NCBI GenBank assembly: GCA_964561085.1
Contig: CAZLNP010000001.1
Location: forward strand, 147,201-211,200
Source of the DNA: an uncultured Candidatus Saccharibacteria bacterium
Lineage (GTDB): Bacteria > Patescibacteriota > Doudnabacteria > UBA920
Direction: 5' to 3'
DNA length: 64,000 bases
In this document: in pieces, positions 10,140-21,500 of the stretch
How the letters are laid out: every line of letters begins with the position of its first letter
Numbering within the stretch: the stretch's first letter is position 1
The notes under the pieces: model-generated
Databases searched by the model: none
What the model was told of the DNA's origin: nothing
Seen by the model: only the letters and a program-made list of their open reading frames with translations
Position numbers and translations under genes: made by a program

Positions 10140-11111
10140 CTATTTTTTACGTTTGATTTCAAATGAGCGCACTAACCGACGAAGGATAAAGGCTACCACA
10201 ATAATTGCTGCCAAGAAACCTACTACTATTTTCCAAGGTAGCACCCAAAAAGAAATAGTCTTTACATCAACTTCGTCTGGTGACTCCCTGTAGCCGCGGT
10301 CGATTGTTGCTGTTGCAGTATAACGACCAAAGGCGAAGTCTGATTCCCAAGTAACTACAGCTGCGCGTAGAGAGTCGGGCAAACTAAAGAAAGGGGCTAC
10401 TTCAATATCTTTAACACTACGTCCGAGCATGTTCTTAATTTGAACTTTACCGCTTGGAGTTAAGTGGACACTACTGTTATTTTCGTAAAGTAATTCGAAA
10501 TTAAAGGGTCCTTTTTCATGGAAAGCTTTATCATTTTCCATACGGAAATCTGTAAGCAATGAAGACTCTTTTACCTTGCCTTCAACACGAACAAAATACA
10601 AAGCACCGATTCTAGAAATAGTTTTTGCTTTGTTATCTAGTTCAGCATCGTCATCTGAAGATGGTGCGCTAGAAACCAAAACTGAACCATAGTGACCGCC
10701 TGGCTCTGCTTCTGCTGGAATAGTCACTACTACATCCAAAACGGCACGCTGTTTTGGTTTAAGTTTAAACGAATCCTTCTCTGGCTTGATGTAATCCTTT
10801 AAAGAATATGGGCCTTTGTCATTTCCTAAAAGAACTACAGGATTCTTTAAATCTTTCGAGCCCGTGAAGTCTTCTACGCTAACCGTAAAAGTTTGTTCTC
10901 GGTCGGTTCTGTTAACAACAGATAAACTTCGAGTTGCTTTCTCCCCTCTCTTTAAAAAGAGTTCTGTCTTAGCAGGGCCAACTACGAAGTCGTCACGAAT
11001 TTCCGCGGAAGTGTCTGTAATAGTAATCGCATAAGCAGTTGGAGCTAATCCAAAAGTTAATATTGAAATACTTATTAATACAAACCAACGGTTGAGGTTG
11101 AATTTTTTCAT
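10140..11111 (-). CDS. DUF916/WxL-interacting-like two-Ig-domain membrane-anchored protein
   Basis: Start at MKKFNL (11111); P.K.EL.L..GE....V.N, IP..AEPGGHYG, N.S.VHLTP.G motifs; C-terminal WVLPWK TM anchor. Confidence 0.75.
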   Translation of the reverse strand: MKKFNLNRWFVLISISILTFGLAPTAYAITITDTSAEIRDDFVVGPAKTELFLKRGEKATRSLSVVNRTDREQTFTVSVEDFTGSKDLKNPVVLLGNDKGPYSLKDYIKPEKDSFKLKPKQRAVLDVVVTIPAEAEPGGHYGSVLVSSAPSSDDDAELDNKAKTISRIGALYFVRVEGKVKESSLLTDFRMENDKAFHEKGPFNFELLYENNSSVHLTPSGKVQIKNMLGRSVKDIEVAPFFSLPDSLRAAVVTWESDFAFGRYTATATIDRGYRESPDEVDVKTISFWVLPWKIVVGFLAAIIVVAFILRRLVRSFEIKRKK

Positions 11112-11123
11112 CTTAGTATCAGA

Positions 11124-11148
11124 ATACCACACTTTATGAGTGTGGTAT
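11124..11148. terminator. Perfect 10-bp intercistronic hairpin after the putative major subunit gene
   Basis: ATACCACACT-ttatg-AGTGTGGTAT; no long U tract, so a stability element or weak terminator. Confidence 0.55.
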
Positions 11149-11185
11149 AGTGGAAAATTATATTTAGTCTGCTTTGTATCTCAAC

Positions 11186-11836
11186 TTATAAAGTAGTAGC
11201 TGTAGCAGTGATTGTTGCTGAGTAAGAACCAGCTACTGCGAAAGTTGTATCTTGTTCAGTTGCTACACACATGTTAGCTACTGTACCAGATGTAGTTGTT
11301 GGAGCTGCTGCTGTAGCGATTTGGTCAGCTGAGCCAGTCAAATCGAAGTCTCTCCATTTTAGACCAGCGCTTGGTACGTCTGCACCAGCGATACAATCAG
11401 CATCTGTGCCATATGTAGAAGTGTTAACATCTGTGCCGAATGCTGAGAAACCAAATTCTACATTAGACGCAGGAACTGACCATGTTTCAGGTGTTTCAGA
11501 TACTGTAGGAGTGTAGTCAACGATGTTACCACCGCCACCAGAACGGGACAGTGCAGGGGCACTTGAAGCATGAAGAGTCAAAGTATACCCGTCATCGTTG
11601 TTTGTGATTACAGTCCAAGCTGCGGTGCCTACTGCTGTATTTTGAGAAGTAGACAATGCAGTCATTGTAATGTCTGAAGGTGAGCTTAGAGAAATCTCTG
11701 AAGTTACCGATTGGTTTACTACTACGTCGTCTGTATCTGTAGCAGCACCTGTGATCCTTGGTTCTACAAACGCAAATAGTCCTGAAACCATAACAGCGCT
11801 AGCAACCAACAAAATAAAGTTATTCTTTAAGTTCAT
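11186..11836 (-). CDS. Secreted WxL-like/pilin-like protein, putative major subunit
   Basis: Signal peptide; WTVITNN.DGYTL motif; C-terminal GSYSATITATATTL strand; codon choice (GCT/ACT/TCT) like highly expressed genes. Confidence 0.75.
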   Translation of the reverse strand: MNLKNNFILLVASAVMVSGLFAFVEPRITGAATDTDDVVVNQSVTSEISLSSPSDITMTALSTSQNTAVGTAAWTVITNNDDGYTLTLHASSAPALSRSGGGGNIVDYTPTVSETPETWSVPASNVEFGFSAFGTDVNTSTYGTDADCIAGADVPSAGLKWRDFDLTGSADQIATAAAPTTTSGTVANMCVATEQDTTFAVAGSYSATITATATTL

Positions 11837-11923
11837 TGTCTTTTATTAATTATTTTAGTTTATTTTTGTATCAACTGCCCTATTTAAGTAAAGTTGGGCA
11901 ACGTTTTCTTAACTTGTAATGAT

Positions 11924-11952
11924 ATTATAGCATGGTTTTACTGTTTTGTAAA
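11924..11952 (-). promoter_or_regulatory. Sigma70 promoter for the WxL-like operon
   Basis: TTTACA-17-TATAAT with extended TG. Confidence 0.7.
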
Positions 11953-12028
11953 GCGCAAACATCTTAATTTAATTTCTTCTTCATATTATATGAAGAGATA
12001 TGCTATTATTTATATAGTAAAGTACTAC

Positions 12029-13039
12029 ATGGAAACAAAAAAACATCCTCACTTACCAGTATTTATATTATTGTCCTTAACCTTCATTGGATTCGTACTA
12101 TTTACTTCGTACTTTTCCTATCGCCAGAGGGCGGATGATTCTATTGTTAAAGTTGGGTTAAAATGGCTTCATAGCGCCCAATTTGCAGGTATGTACGTAG
12201 CCAAAGAACAGAAGATGTATGAGGATGGTGGTCTGACAGTGGAATTCAATGAACCAACTGAAGACAAGAGATCTACTATCGATTCACTTCTCTCTGGTGA
12301 GAATGACTACGTAATAGTATCTGCTCTAGAACTACTGGATCACGTTGCCCAGAACGACCCCGTAAAGGCTGTGGCGGTTATTTATCAGGAAACTCCTACA
12401 GTTATCGCCTCTTTACCAGAAAGTGGTATAAATAAGCCTGAGGATTTGCGTAATAAAGTCCTAGGGACTACCAGAAATGAAAATTACTCTTTTTCTTTGT
12501 ACAAATTCCTAGGAAATAAGTACAAAGTCCCAGTAAATAGCATGATTTTTAAAAATATAGGGTTCAATGCTATAGACGACTTAATTAACGGAGAAGTAGA
12601 TGCAGTCAGCATCTATCGCACCAAGCTATACTTACCAAAAGATTACCCAGAAACAAACTTTAGCTTAATAAAGCCCGAGGATTACGACATTCACATGTAT
12701 AGTGATGTAATTGTGACCACCAATGAACTAATAGAAAAAAGACCGGAACAAGTCCAGGCTTTTGTAAACGCTACAATAAAAGGATGGGAGTACGCGTTAG
12801 ATTACAGAGATGAGGCAATCGATATAACTATGCCATACACATCTGGCAGACAACGTGAAGAAGAATTTCAAAAGCAAATACTTACAGCTAGCGCTCCCCT
12901 AATTAGAACAGACGGAATTGAGCATGTTGGAGAGATGAGCACTGGGAGATGGCTTGAAATGTATTATTTATACAAAACAAGTGTACTAGTTTCTGAATTC
13001 GATATAGCAAAAGCGTACACAACAGAATTCCTCCCCTAG
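12029..13039 (+). CDS. NMT1/THI5/SsuA-family substrate-binding protein with N-terminal TM anchor
   Basis: LKWLHSAQFAGMYVA..G..GL.V signature; likely start METKK (12029), because the longer ORF overlaps the divergent promoter. Confidence 0.85.
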   Translation: METKKHPHLPVFILLSLTFIGFVLFTSYFSYRQRADDSIVKVGLKWLHSAQFAGMYVAKEQKMYEDGGLTVEFNEPTEDKRSTIDSLLSGENDYVIVSALELLDHVAQNDPVKAVAVIYQETPTVIASLPESGINKPEDLRNKVLGTTRNENYSFSLYKFLGNKYKVPVNSMIFKNIGFNAIDDLINGEVDAVSIYRTKLYLPKDYPETNFSLIKPEDYDIHMYSDVIVTTNELIEKRPEQVQAFVNATIKGWEYALDYRDEAIDITMPYTSGRQREEEFQKQILTASAPLIRTDGIEHVGEMSTGRWLEMYYLYKTSVLVSEFDIAKAYTTEFLP

Positions 13040-13042
13040 TGG

Positions 13043-13360
13043 CTAAGCTTCTTTATTCATTGTTTTGATTACTCGAAGTAGGTCTGCAAATGCAACTATT
13101 AGGAGCACTCCGACTAAGAACCCAAGACCTCTTACAACTACTGCCCAATTAGGATCCTGTTCCAATCCTAAAATTCCTAAGACCAATCTAAAAGGAATTA
13201 AAGCAATCGCTATTGTTATAATTTTTAAAAATCTATCAAGTCGTTTTTCAACTCGCCAAATACAATTCAATGCAAATACTATAACCACAATATAAATTGC
13301 AATGTTTGCAAATGATAAAAGTTTTTCAATCGTTTGTACTACCGTCAAAGAATTTTCCAT
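13043..13360 (-). CDS. Small 3-TM membrane protein
   Basis: Three hydrophobic helices; starts 3 nt after the upstream gene. Confidence 0.7.
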   Translation of the reverse strand: MENSLTVVQTIEKLLSFANIAIYIVVIVFALNCIWRVEKRLDRFLKIITIAIALIPFRLVLGILGLEQDPNWAVVVRGLGFLVGVLLIVAFADLLRVIKTMNKEA

Positions 13361-13363
13361 AAG

Positions 13364-14515
13364 TTATGCTGCTGATTTTTTAAATAAGTCTGCCTCGTTT
13401 AATTGCTTTATATTCTGAGATAATACAACTACCTTATTATACTCCATATAGGCCACTACAACCCCTAGAAATAGCATCCCCCCAAGAATTTGCATAATGA
13501 GCGTTCTATTTGAAAATGGGGAAGAAGTAGATGAGCCTGCAGCTACAGGTTCTTCGCTAGATACAATCTCGAAAGTATCTGTAGAGGTAGCGATTAAATC
13601 CTCAGAGGGAACTGCGACTGTTAATGTATATTCACCCAATGGTAGAGTTGTGGTGGTAAGGAATGATTTAGAGTACTCTAGAGCACCTTTAACTGCCATG
13701 GTTTCCGAATTTTCAGAAACAATATCTTCATCTTTGTTTGTAATAGTGTATTGTACTTCTACGTCGACAGCTTTATCGGGACTACTAAAGTTAATAAATT
13801 TAATATCTGCAACGATAGGATCACCAACTAATACTTCTTTGGACTCACTATTAATTACAGCTCTTACATCGAACAACGCTCCCCCGTTTCCAAGTTGTGG
13901 CGTGTTATTAAATTTAGGAGCTAATGGCTCTTCATTCTCTCCTAACACAATTTCAAACAAGAATGAGTCAGTGGCCAATACCTTACTCGACACACCTCTT
14001 GAAACTTTAGCAGTTAAGGTATAAGTTCCTGGTTTTAGCGGAACAGTTGATTCCCAGGTCCAGTTACCATTAGTGTCCGCTAATGATTTTCCCGTTACAT
14101 TGTTTACCCCAAAAAGGTTCAATGCTACATTCCCATCAGGAACATTAGTATGTCCTATAAATTTAGGAAATTGATTTCTAAAAACAAAGATTGCCTGGAC
14201 CTCTCCATCTTGTAAGATATATCTTTGCTGGATAGAGTCACCTGGGATTACTGTAATCTCTGGAGTTAAATCAGGAATAGAGGTTTCTTCATTTGAGGCC
14301 GTGCTTGCCCTGCTACTATTCGAGATCACTTTAACGTCTGGTTCGACTGGGTGGTCTGCCAACAAAATGGGACGATTAGAGTTTTCGGCACTCACTGAGG
14401 TCAAAGCAATTCCAAGTACCCAAGCAAAAAATGCCACTAAAATTACACTAGTGACAAAAGTGACTGCATGATAGCTCCGCCTAATATGGTGATGTGCTAA
14501 ACCTGTTTGTTTCAT
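13364..14515 (-). CDS. Membrane-anchored protein with bacterial Ig-like domains
   Basis: N- and C-terminal TM; ADTNGNWTW...L.PGTYTLTA Ig-like motif. Confidence 0.75.
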   Translation of the reverse strand: MKQTGLAHHHIRRSYHAVTFVTSVILVAFFAWVLGIALTSVSAENSNRPILLADHPVEPDVKVISNSSRASTASNEETSIPDLTPEITVIPGDSIQQRYILQDGEVQAIFVFRNQFPKFIGHTNVPDGNVALNLFGVNNVTGKSLADTNGNWTWESTVPLKPGTYTLTAKVSRGVSSKVLATDSFLFEIVLGENEEPLAPKFNNTPQLGNGGALFDVRAVINSESKEVLVGDPIVADIKFINFSSPDKAVDVEVQYTITNKDEDIVSENSETMAVKGALEYSKSFLTTTTLPLGEYTLTVAVPSEDLIATSTDTFEIVSSEEPVAAGSSTSSPFSNRTLIMQILGGMLFLGVVVAYMEYNKVVVLSQNIKQLNEADLFKKSAA

Positions 14516-14549
14516 TTCGAAAGTTTTACTACCAAATTATAGCATGAAT

Positions 14550-14580
14550 TAAAAACACCCCCGAAATGGGGGTGTTTTTA
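14550..14580. terminator. Intrinsic terminator of rpoBC
   Basis: AAAAACACCCCC-gaaat-GGGGGTGTTTTT. Confidence 0.85.
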
Positions 14581-14606
14581 ATATTTTCAGAGCACTGAAA
14601 GGCTAA

Positions 14607-17600
14607 TTATTGCAAAGGCAATGCTTGAGCCTTCAGATTTTCTTGAGCAATTTCTTCAGTAAATCCAGTTCCAGCAGGAATTAGTTTACCGATGATAACA
14701 TTTTCTTTTAGACCACGGAGGTAGTCAGTCTTACCGCTTACCGCAGCTTCGATAAGAACACGGGTAGTTTCTTGGAAACTCGCAGCAGCCAAGAAGCTTT
14801 CAGTAGAAAGAGAGATCTTAGTAATACCCATCAACAATTGTTCAGCTTGAGCTGGAGCACGACCTTCATTTTCAAGCATCTCATTCATTTCGGAGAACTT
14901 AGCTTTATCTACCATGTCGCCCATTGCCATGTCTGAATCACCAGCGTCTGTGATGCGCATCTTACTGAACATCTGACGAGCGATAATTTCAATGTGCTTG
15001 TCGTGAATTTGCTGACCTTGAGAAACGTAAATGTCTTGTACTTCTTTAACAAGATACTTTTGAGCTTCTACAATCCCCTGCAATTCTAGAACTTGGTTAG
15101 GGTTTAAGTTTCCTTCAGTTAATGGCTTTCCAGGATAAACTAAATCACCATCTTTAACTGTTAGAGAGAAGCCGCGGGGAATAATATATTCTGCTAGCTC
15201 ATCACCTTCGTGAATAAGTTTGATGTTGCCATCTTTTACAACAGCGATACCTGCGTTAGTAGATTTTACTAAAGCACCATCTTCACCTTCGTACAAAGCG
15301 TCACCGATACCAACATGAGTACCATCTTTGATTAACGCTTCACCGCCAGCTGGCAATGCCATCACTTGAGTTTCTACGTTAGCACCTTCAATGCGAACAA
15401 TTTGTTCACGAGTTGGAGAAATGCTAATAGAAACAGTTCCAGCAATTTCAGAAACTGCAGCCATACCTTTTGGCTCACGAGCTTCAAACAATTCTTCTAC
15501 ACGAGGCAAACCTTGAGTAATGTCACTTACAGACGCGGATCCACCAGTATGGAAGGTACGCATTGTAAGCTGTGTTCCCGGTTCACCAATCGCTTGAGCA
15601 GCCACGATGCCTACAGCAGCACCCTTCTTAACCATAGTGTTGAAACCAAGGTCGTATCCGTAACATAACTGACAAATACCACGAATCAACTTACACTTTA
15701 GAACTGAACGAGATTTAACTTCAGTGATTCCAGATGCAGCAATCTGATTAGCCTGCTGTTCATCAATACCTTGGTTTTTCTTAACAATTACTGTGCCATC
15801 TTCTAATTTTACATCTGCAGCAGCTACACGACCGAACAAACGGTTTTCAAAAGATTGGTTCATCAGTTCTGATTCCGCTAACGTAATAGCGTCGTAATCT
15901 TTAGTTCCACAATCTTCAGCGTTGATAACTACATCCTGAGCAACGTCTACCAAACGACGAGTTAAGTAACCCGCGTCAGCAGTACGAAGCGCTGTGTCAG
16001 ACATACCTTTTCGAGAACCATGAGTAGAGATGAAATATTCCAACACACCCAAACCTTCTTTAAAGGAACCACGGACAGGAAGTTCGATAGTACGACCACC
16101 AGGGTTTACCACCAAACCTTTAAGTCCAGACATCTGTGTAATCTGAGAGAAAGAACCACGAGCACCAGAAGATACAAAGTAGTTTACGCTAGAGTGTTCA
16201 GTAACTGTACCAACCACATCTTTCGCAATCTTTTCTGAAGCATCAGCCCAAATTTCTACAACGCGACCGTAACGTTCATCTTCTGTAAGAAGACCTTCAC
16301 GGTATTGTTCAGAGGTAGCTTGTACTTCTTCATCAGCCTTGCCTAGAATAACGTATTTAGTATCTGGTACACGAAGGTCATCCATACCCCATGACAAACC
16401 AGATTGTTTCATGTAAGTGAATCCAGTGCGCTTAATGTCATCGATCAATTCCGCAGTGCGGTCTGGACCAAATAAACGGTAAGCTTCGCGAACCAACGCC
16501 TGAAGCTTCTTTTTGTCGAAAGCTTCATTACGGTAACCCATTTCAGCTGGAACAATTTTGTTGAAGATTAAGCGACCAACAGTTGTTTCTACAAGTTCAG
16601 TATCTTCTTTAGATAGACGAACTTTAATTAGAGATTGAATGTGAACATGCTTGTTATTGTAAGCCAAGATTGCTTCAGCGCGATCGCTGAAAGTCTTGCC
16701 TTCACCTTTTAAGCCTTCACGAGTTTTTGTAATGTAGTAACAACCTACCACAGCATCTTTGTCGGGAGTCATCACTGGTTGACCAGATGCAGGCTTTAGC
16801 AAGTTGCGAGAAGAAACCATGATTTCCTTAGCTTCTTTCTGAGCAGCTTCTGTAAGTGGAACGTGAACAGCCATCTGGTCACCATCGAAGTCAGCGTTGA
16901 ACGCCGCACATACCATAGGGTGAAGTTGGATAGCTTTTCCTTCAATCAATACTGGCTGGAAAGCTTGGAAACCAAGTCTGTGCAATGTAGGAGCACGGTT
17001 TAATAGAACGTAGTGATCTTTAGTCACTTCTTCTAGAATATCCCATACTTCGTTGCGCGCTTGTTCTATTAAGCGGTTTGCGGAACGAACGTTGTGAGCG
17101 TATTCACGAGAAATAAGTTTAGAAATAACGAATGGTTTGAAAAGTTCCAAAGCCATAGCTTTAGGCAAACCACACTGGTGAAGCTTCAAGTTAGGACCTA
17201 CTACAATAACAGAACGTCCAGAGTAGTCTACACGCTTACCAAGCAAGTTCTGACGGAAACGTCCTTGCTTACCTTTAAGCATGTCTGCCAATGAACGAAG
17301 CTTACGCTTTTGTCCTGTTGATGCAGTCACTTCTTTACCATGACGTACTGAGTTGTCGATAAGCGCATCAACAGCTTCTTGCAACATACGTTTTTCGTTT
17401 CGAGTAATAACTTCAGGAGATTTGATTTCTAAAAGTTTCTTCAAACGGTTGTTACGGTTGATAACGCGGCGGTACAAATCGTTCAAGTCAGATGCCGCAA
17501 AACGACCACCATCAAGTTGCACCATTGGACGCAAGTCAGGTGGAATAACAGGAAGATGTGTAATCAACATCCATTCAGGACGAAGACCAGATTTAATTAG

Positions 17601-18488
17601 AGACTTAACTAACTTTAGGCGACGCATCATTTTCTTTGCGCTTTGACCTTCAGTAGTTTGTAATTGAGTTTCAATTGATTGAGCTAGCTCTTCAAGGTTC
17701 AATTCTTCTAACAAACCTTTAACAGCTTCAGCGCCAATTCCAGCTGTGAAAACTGGGCCGTACTTTAGAGAAAGATCACGGTAAGCAAGTTCAGAAATAA
17801 TTTGGTATTTCTTGATGCTCTTCAATTCAGAACGAGCTTGGTCACGGATTGCTTCCAAGTTAGAAACTTCAGCTTGCCAAAGATCTTTAATCTTTGTTGT
17901 TTCCAAATCGATCTTTGCGCCAACTACATCTGCATCACCCTTAAGTTCAGCTTGCATTGTAGTGCGAGTTTTTGAAAGCAAAGTTTCGTAGCGTTGTTCA
18001 ATCTCTTTCTTCTTGGTTTTGAATTCACCTTCGATTTGCTCTAGAGTACCTAGGCGAGCTTCTTCATCTACAGAAGTGATGATGTAAGCAGCAAAGTAAA
18101 CACAACGTTCAAGTTCTTGAACACCTAAGTCTAGGATTAAACCAAGACGGCTCGGTACAGAACGCAAGAACCAAATGTGCGCTACAGGAACAGCCAAAGT
18201 AATGTGACCCATACGTTCACGACGTACAGATGACTTAGTCACTTCAACACCACATTTATCACAAACAATATTTTTGTAGCGAATACGCTTGTATTTACCA
18301 CAGTAACATTCCCAGTCTTTAATTGGACCAAAAATCTTTTCGTCGAATAGACCATCTTTTTCCGGACGTTGAGTACGGTAGTTAATGGTTTCCGGTTTTG
18401 TCACTTCTCCGTAAGACCATTCCATAATAGTTTCTGGACTAGCCAGTTTGATCTTTACGCCTTTAAATTCTTCAGTTTGAGTTATCAT
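14607..18488 (-). CDS. rpoC: RNA polymerase beta' subunit
   Basis: NADFDGDQMAVH catalytic motif, N-terminal Zn finger, GEPGTQLTMRTFH. Confidence 0.99.
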   Translation of the reverse strand: MITQTEEFKGVKIKLASPETIMEWSYGEVTKPETINYRTQRPEKDGLFDEKIFGPIKDWECYCGKYKRIRYKNIVCDKCGVEVTKSSVRRERMGHITLAVPVAHIWFLRSVPSRLGLILDLGVQELERCVYFAAYIITSVDEEARLGTLEQIEGEFKTKKKEIEQRYETLLSKTRTTMQAELKGDADVVGAKIDLETTKIKDLWQAEVSNLEAIRDQARSELKSIKKYQIISELAYRDLSLKYGPVFTAGIGAEAVKGLLEELNLEELAQSIETQLQTTEGQSAKKMMRRLKLVKSLIKSGLRPEWMLITHLPVIPPDLRPMVQLDGGRFAASDLNDLYRRVINRNNRLKKLLEIKSPEVITRNEKRMLQEAVDALIDNSVRHGKEVTASTGQKRKLRSLADMLKGKQGRFRQNLLGKRVDYSGRSVIVVGPNLKLHQCGLPKAMALELFKPFVISKLISREYAHNVRSANRLIEQARNEVWDILEEVTKDHYVLLNRAPTLHRLGFQAFQPVLIEGKAIQLHPMVCAAFNADFDGDQMAVHVPLTEAAQKEAKEIMVSSRNLLKPASGQPVMTPDKDAVVGCYYITKTREGLKGEGKTFSDRAEAILAYNNKHVHIQSLIKVRLSKEDTELVETTVGRLIFNKIVPAEMGYRNEAFDKKKLQALVREAYRLFGPDRTAELIDDIKRTGFTYMKQSGLSWGMDDLRVPDTKYVILGKADEEVQATSEQYREGLLTEDERYGRVVEIWADASEKIAKDVVGTVTEHSSVNYFVSSGARGSFSQITQMSGLKGLVVNPGGRTIELPVRGSFKEGLGVLEYFISTHGSRKGMSDTALRTADAGYLTRRLVDVAQDVVINAEDCGTKDYDAITLAESELMNQSFENRLFGRVAAADVKLEDGTVIVKKNQGIDEQQANQIAASGITEVKSRSVLKCKLIRGICQLCYGYDLGFNTMVKKGAAVGIVAAQAIGEPGTQLTMRTFHTGGSASVSDITQGLPRVEELFEAREPKGMAAVSEIAGTVSISISPTREQIVRIEGANVETQVMALPAGGEALIKDGTHVGIGDALYEGEDGALVKSTNAGIAVVKDGNIKLIHEGDELAEYIIPRGFSLTVKDGDLVYPGKPLTEGNLNPNQVLELQGIVEAQKYLVKEVQDIYVSQGQQIHDKHIEIIARQMFSKMRITDAGDSDMAMGDMVDKAKFSEMNEMLENEGRAPAQAEQLLMGITKISLSTESFLAAASFQETTRVLIEAAVSGKTDYLRGLKENVIIGKLIPAGTGFTEEIAQENLKAQALPLQ

Positions 18489-18518
18489 AATTTTATCTAT
18501 ATATAATTGATACTAAAC

Positions 18519-21500
18519 TTATTCCTTCTTTGATTTCTTTTTCTTCTTGTCAGGTTCATCAAAGAGAGAAGTTCCGGATTCTGCTTCGACTACAGCAACA
18601 CCAGCTTGATTTTCGCTATCATCAGCATCAGGGATAGCATCCTGCAAACTCATCGATCCGTTTACGCCGAGCAAGTCGACATCTAGACCAAGACTTTGTA
18701 ATTCTTTAATAAGTACACGGAAGGATTCAGGAACGTTTGGCTTCTTAATCGGTTCACCTTTTACAATCGCTTCGTAAGTTTTGCTTCTACCTACAACGTC
18801 ATCTGATTTGATAGTCAACATTTCTTGTAGAGTGTGAGCCGCGCCGTAACCTTCAAGCGCCCATACTTCCATTTCACCGAAACGCTGTCCACCCATTTGG
18901 GCTTTACCACCCAACGGCTGTTGAGTAATTAAAGAGTAAGGTCCAGTAGAACGAGCGTGCATCTTGTCGTCTACTAAGTGATGTAGCTTCAAGAAGTACT
19001 TGATACCAACCATTACCGGCTCATCGAATGCTTCACCAGTTTTACCATCATATAAAGCAACTTTACCGTTTTCTGGTACACCAGCTTTCTTAAGCTCTTC
19101 TTTAATCTGAGTTTCAGTCATACCATCTAGTACTGGAGTAGCAACATGATAGCCAAGCTTGTGAGCTGCGAAACCTAAGTGAGTTTCAAGCACCTGACCC
19201 AAGTTCATACGAGATACAATACCAAGCGGGTTCAAGATTACATCAACTGGAGTTCCATCAGCCATGAACGGCATGTCTTCTGCAGGAACGATACGAGAGA
19301 TAATACCCTTGTTACCGTGACGTCCAGCCATCTTATCCCCTACTTGAATCTTGCGAAGTACAGCAATGGAAACTTGGATAGAACGGATAACACCGCTTTG
19401 TAGTTTGTCGCCGTTATCACGAGAGAATTCACGAATGTTTACGACTTTACCGTATTCACCATGAGGAAGTGTTAGAGAAGTATCTTTTACGTCACGAGAC
19501 TTTTCACCAAAGATAACACGCAGAAGTTTTTCTTCAGCTGTTAAATCTGTTTCACCCTTTGGAGTAATTTTTCCAACTAAGATGTCGCCAGCTTTAACTT
19601 GAGCACCAATGCGAACCACACCGTCTTCATCAAGATTCTTAAGTTTTTCTTCACCGACATTTGGAATGTCGCGAGTAACAACTTCAGGTCCTAGTTTTGT
19701 ATCACGGATATCAATTTTGAAATCTTCAATGTGAACAGAGGTGTAGTAATCTTGTTGCACTAATCGGCTAGATAGCAAGATAGCATCTTCATAGTTACCA
19801 CCTTCCCATGACATGAAAGCCACAAGAACGTTTTGACCAAGAGCTAGTTCACCTTTTTCTGTAGAAGTACCATCAGCCAACACATCACCAGCTTTAACTT
19901 TTTGTCCTTTTGACACACGGTTAATCTGGTTCATAGATGTACCGCTATTAGTACGGATGAACTTAAGCAATGGGTATTCAAGAGTTTTGCCGTTATCACC
20001 TTTAACGGTGATCTTATCGCCCACTACAGAGGTGACTTCACCATCTTCTTGGTTGATAATTACTTGTCCAGAATCGCGAGCTGCTTTTGCTTCCATACCT
20101 GTTCCAACAAGTGGAGCACGAGGAACAATACAAGATACAGCCTGACGTTGCATGTTTGATCCCATCAAAGCACGGTTAGCGTCATCGTGTTCCAAGAAAG
20201 GAATTAGAGAGGTTGTTACAGAGATAATTTGCTTCGGAGATACGTCGATGTAATCGATTTCGTTTGTATCGGCAATTGTCGGTGTGCCGTTTACGCGTAC
20301 AGATGCACGTTCATCTTCGAAGAAACCTTCTTTAGAAATATTTAAGTTAGCTGGAGCGATAGTAAGTTTTTCTTCTTCATACGCATCCATGTATTCAACT
20401 TTGTTTGTAAGGTGACTAACGATGCGAACCTGATCTAGATCTTGAATCTTGGAAAGTTTCTTTGCATCTGCTTCAGTCATTTTTGTACCTGCAGCCACTA
20501 CAACACTTTCGCCATCTTTTATATCAAATAAAGCAGTTTCATCGATTGCATCTTTGCCATCGTTTTTTGCAAAACGCTTGATCTTACGATAAGGTGTTTC
20601 GATAAAACCAAAGTCATTAATCTTTGCGTAAGTAGCTAAGTGAGCAACCAAACCAATGTTCGGTCCTTCAGGAGTTGTAATAGGACAAAGACGACCGTAG
20701 TGAGAACGGTGAACGTCACGAACTTCGAAACCTGCGCGTTCACGAGATAGTCCACCAGGACCCATCGCGCTTAGACGACGCTTGTGTTCAAGTTCAGCCA
20801 ACGGGTTTGTTTGGTCCATGAACTGTGATAGCTGAGATGAAGAGAAGAATTCCTGCATGGAAGCCACAATCGGACGAACGTGAATAAGTTGTGCAGGAGT
20901 AACAGTTTCTAGGTCAGCTAAAGACATACGGTCTTTTGCGATACGGCTCATACGAGCTAAACCAACACGGTAACGAGTTTGGATAAGTTCACCAGCAGCA
21001 CGAATACGACGGTTAGCCAAGTGATCAATATCATCAGCAGGACCTTGAATGTTGCTCAAACGAATAATTTCTTTTACAACAGAAACAAGATCTTCCAAAG
21101 TTAACATGCGAGAATCTTGCTTTTGGTCTACATATTCATCTAGACGTTGGTTGAATTTGTAACGGCCTACTTCAGATAAGTCGTAGCGTTCGAAGTTGAA
21201 GAACATCGCGCTAATCAAAGAACGCGCGTTGTCTACTGTCGCCAAGTCACCTGGACGAATACGTTTGTATACTTCTTTAAAACCTTCATCAGCATTTGTT
21301 GATGCATCTTTTTCTAAAGTAGTAGCGATGAATTTAAGTTCAGGGTTTGTATCAACGTCTTTGAAAGTTTCCAAGATAGCTTCGTTTGTTTCCAAGCCGA
21401 AAACACGAAGCAAAGCAGTAATAGGAATGCGACGCTTACGATCGATCTTTACACCGATCACACCTGCGTTGTCAGTATCAAGTTCTAACCACGCGCCACG

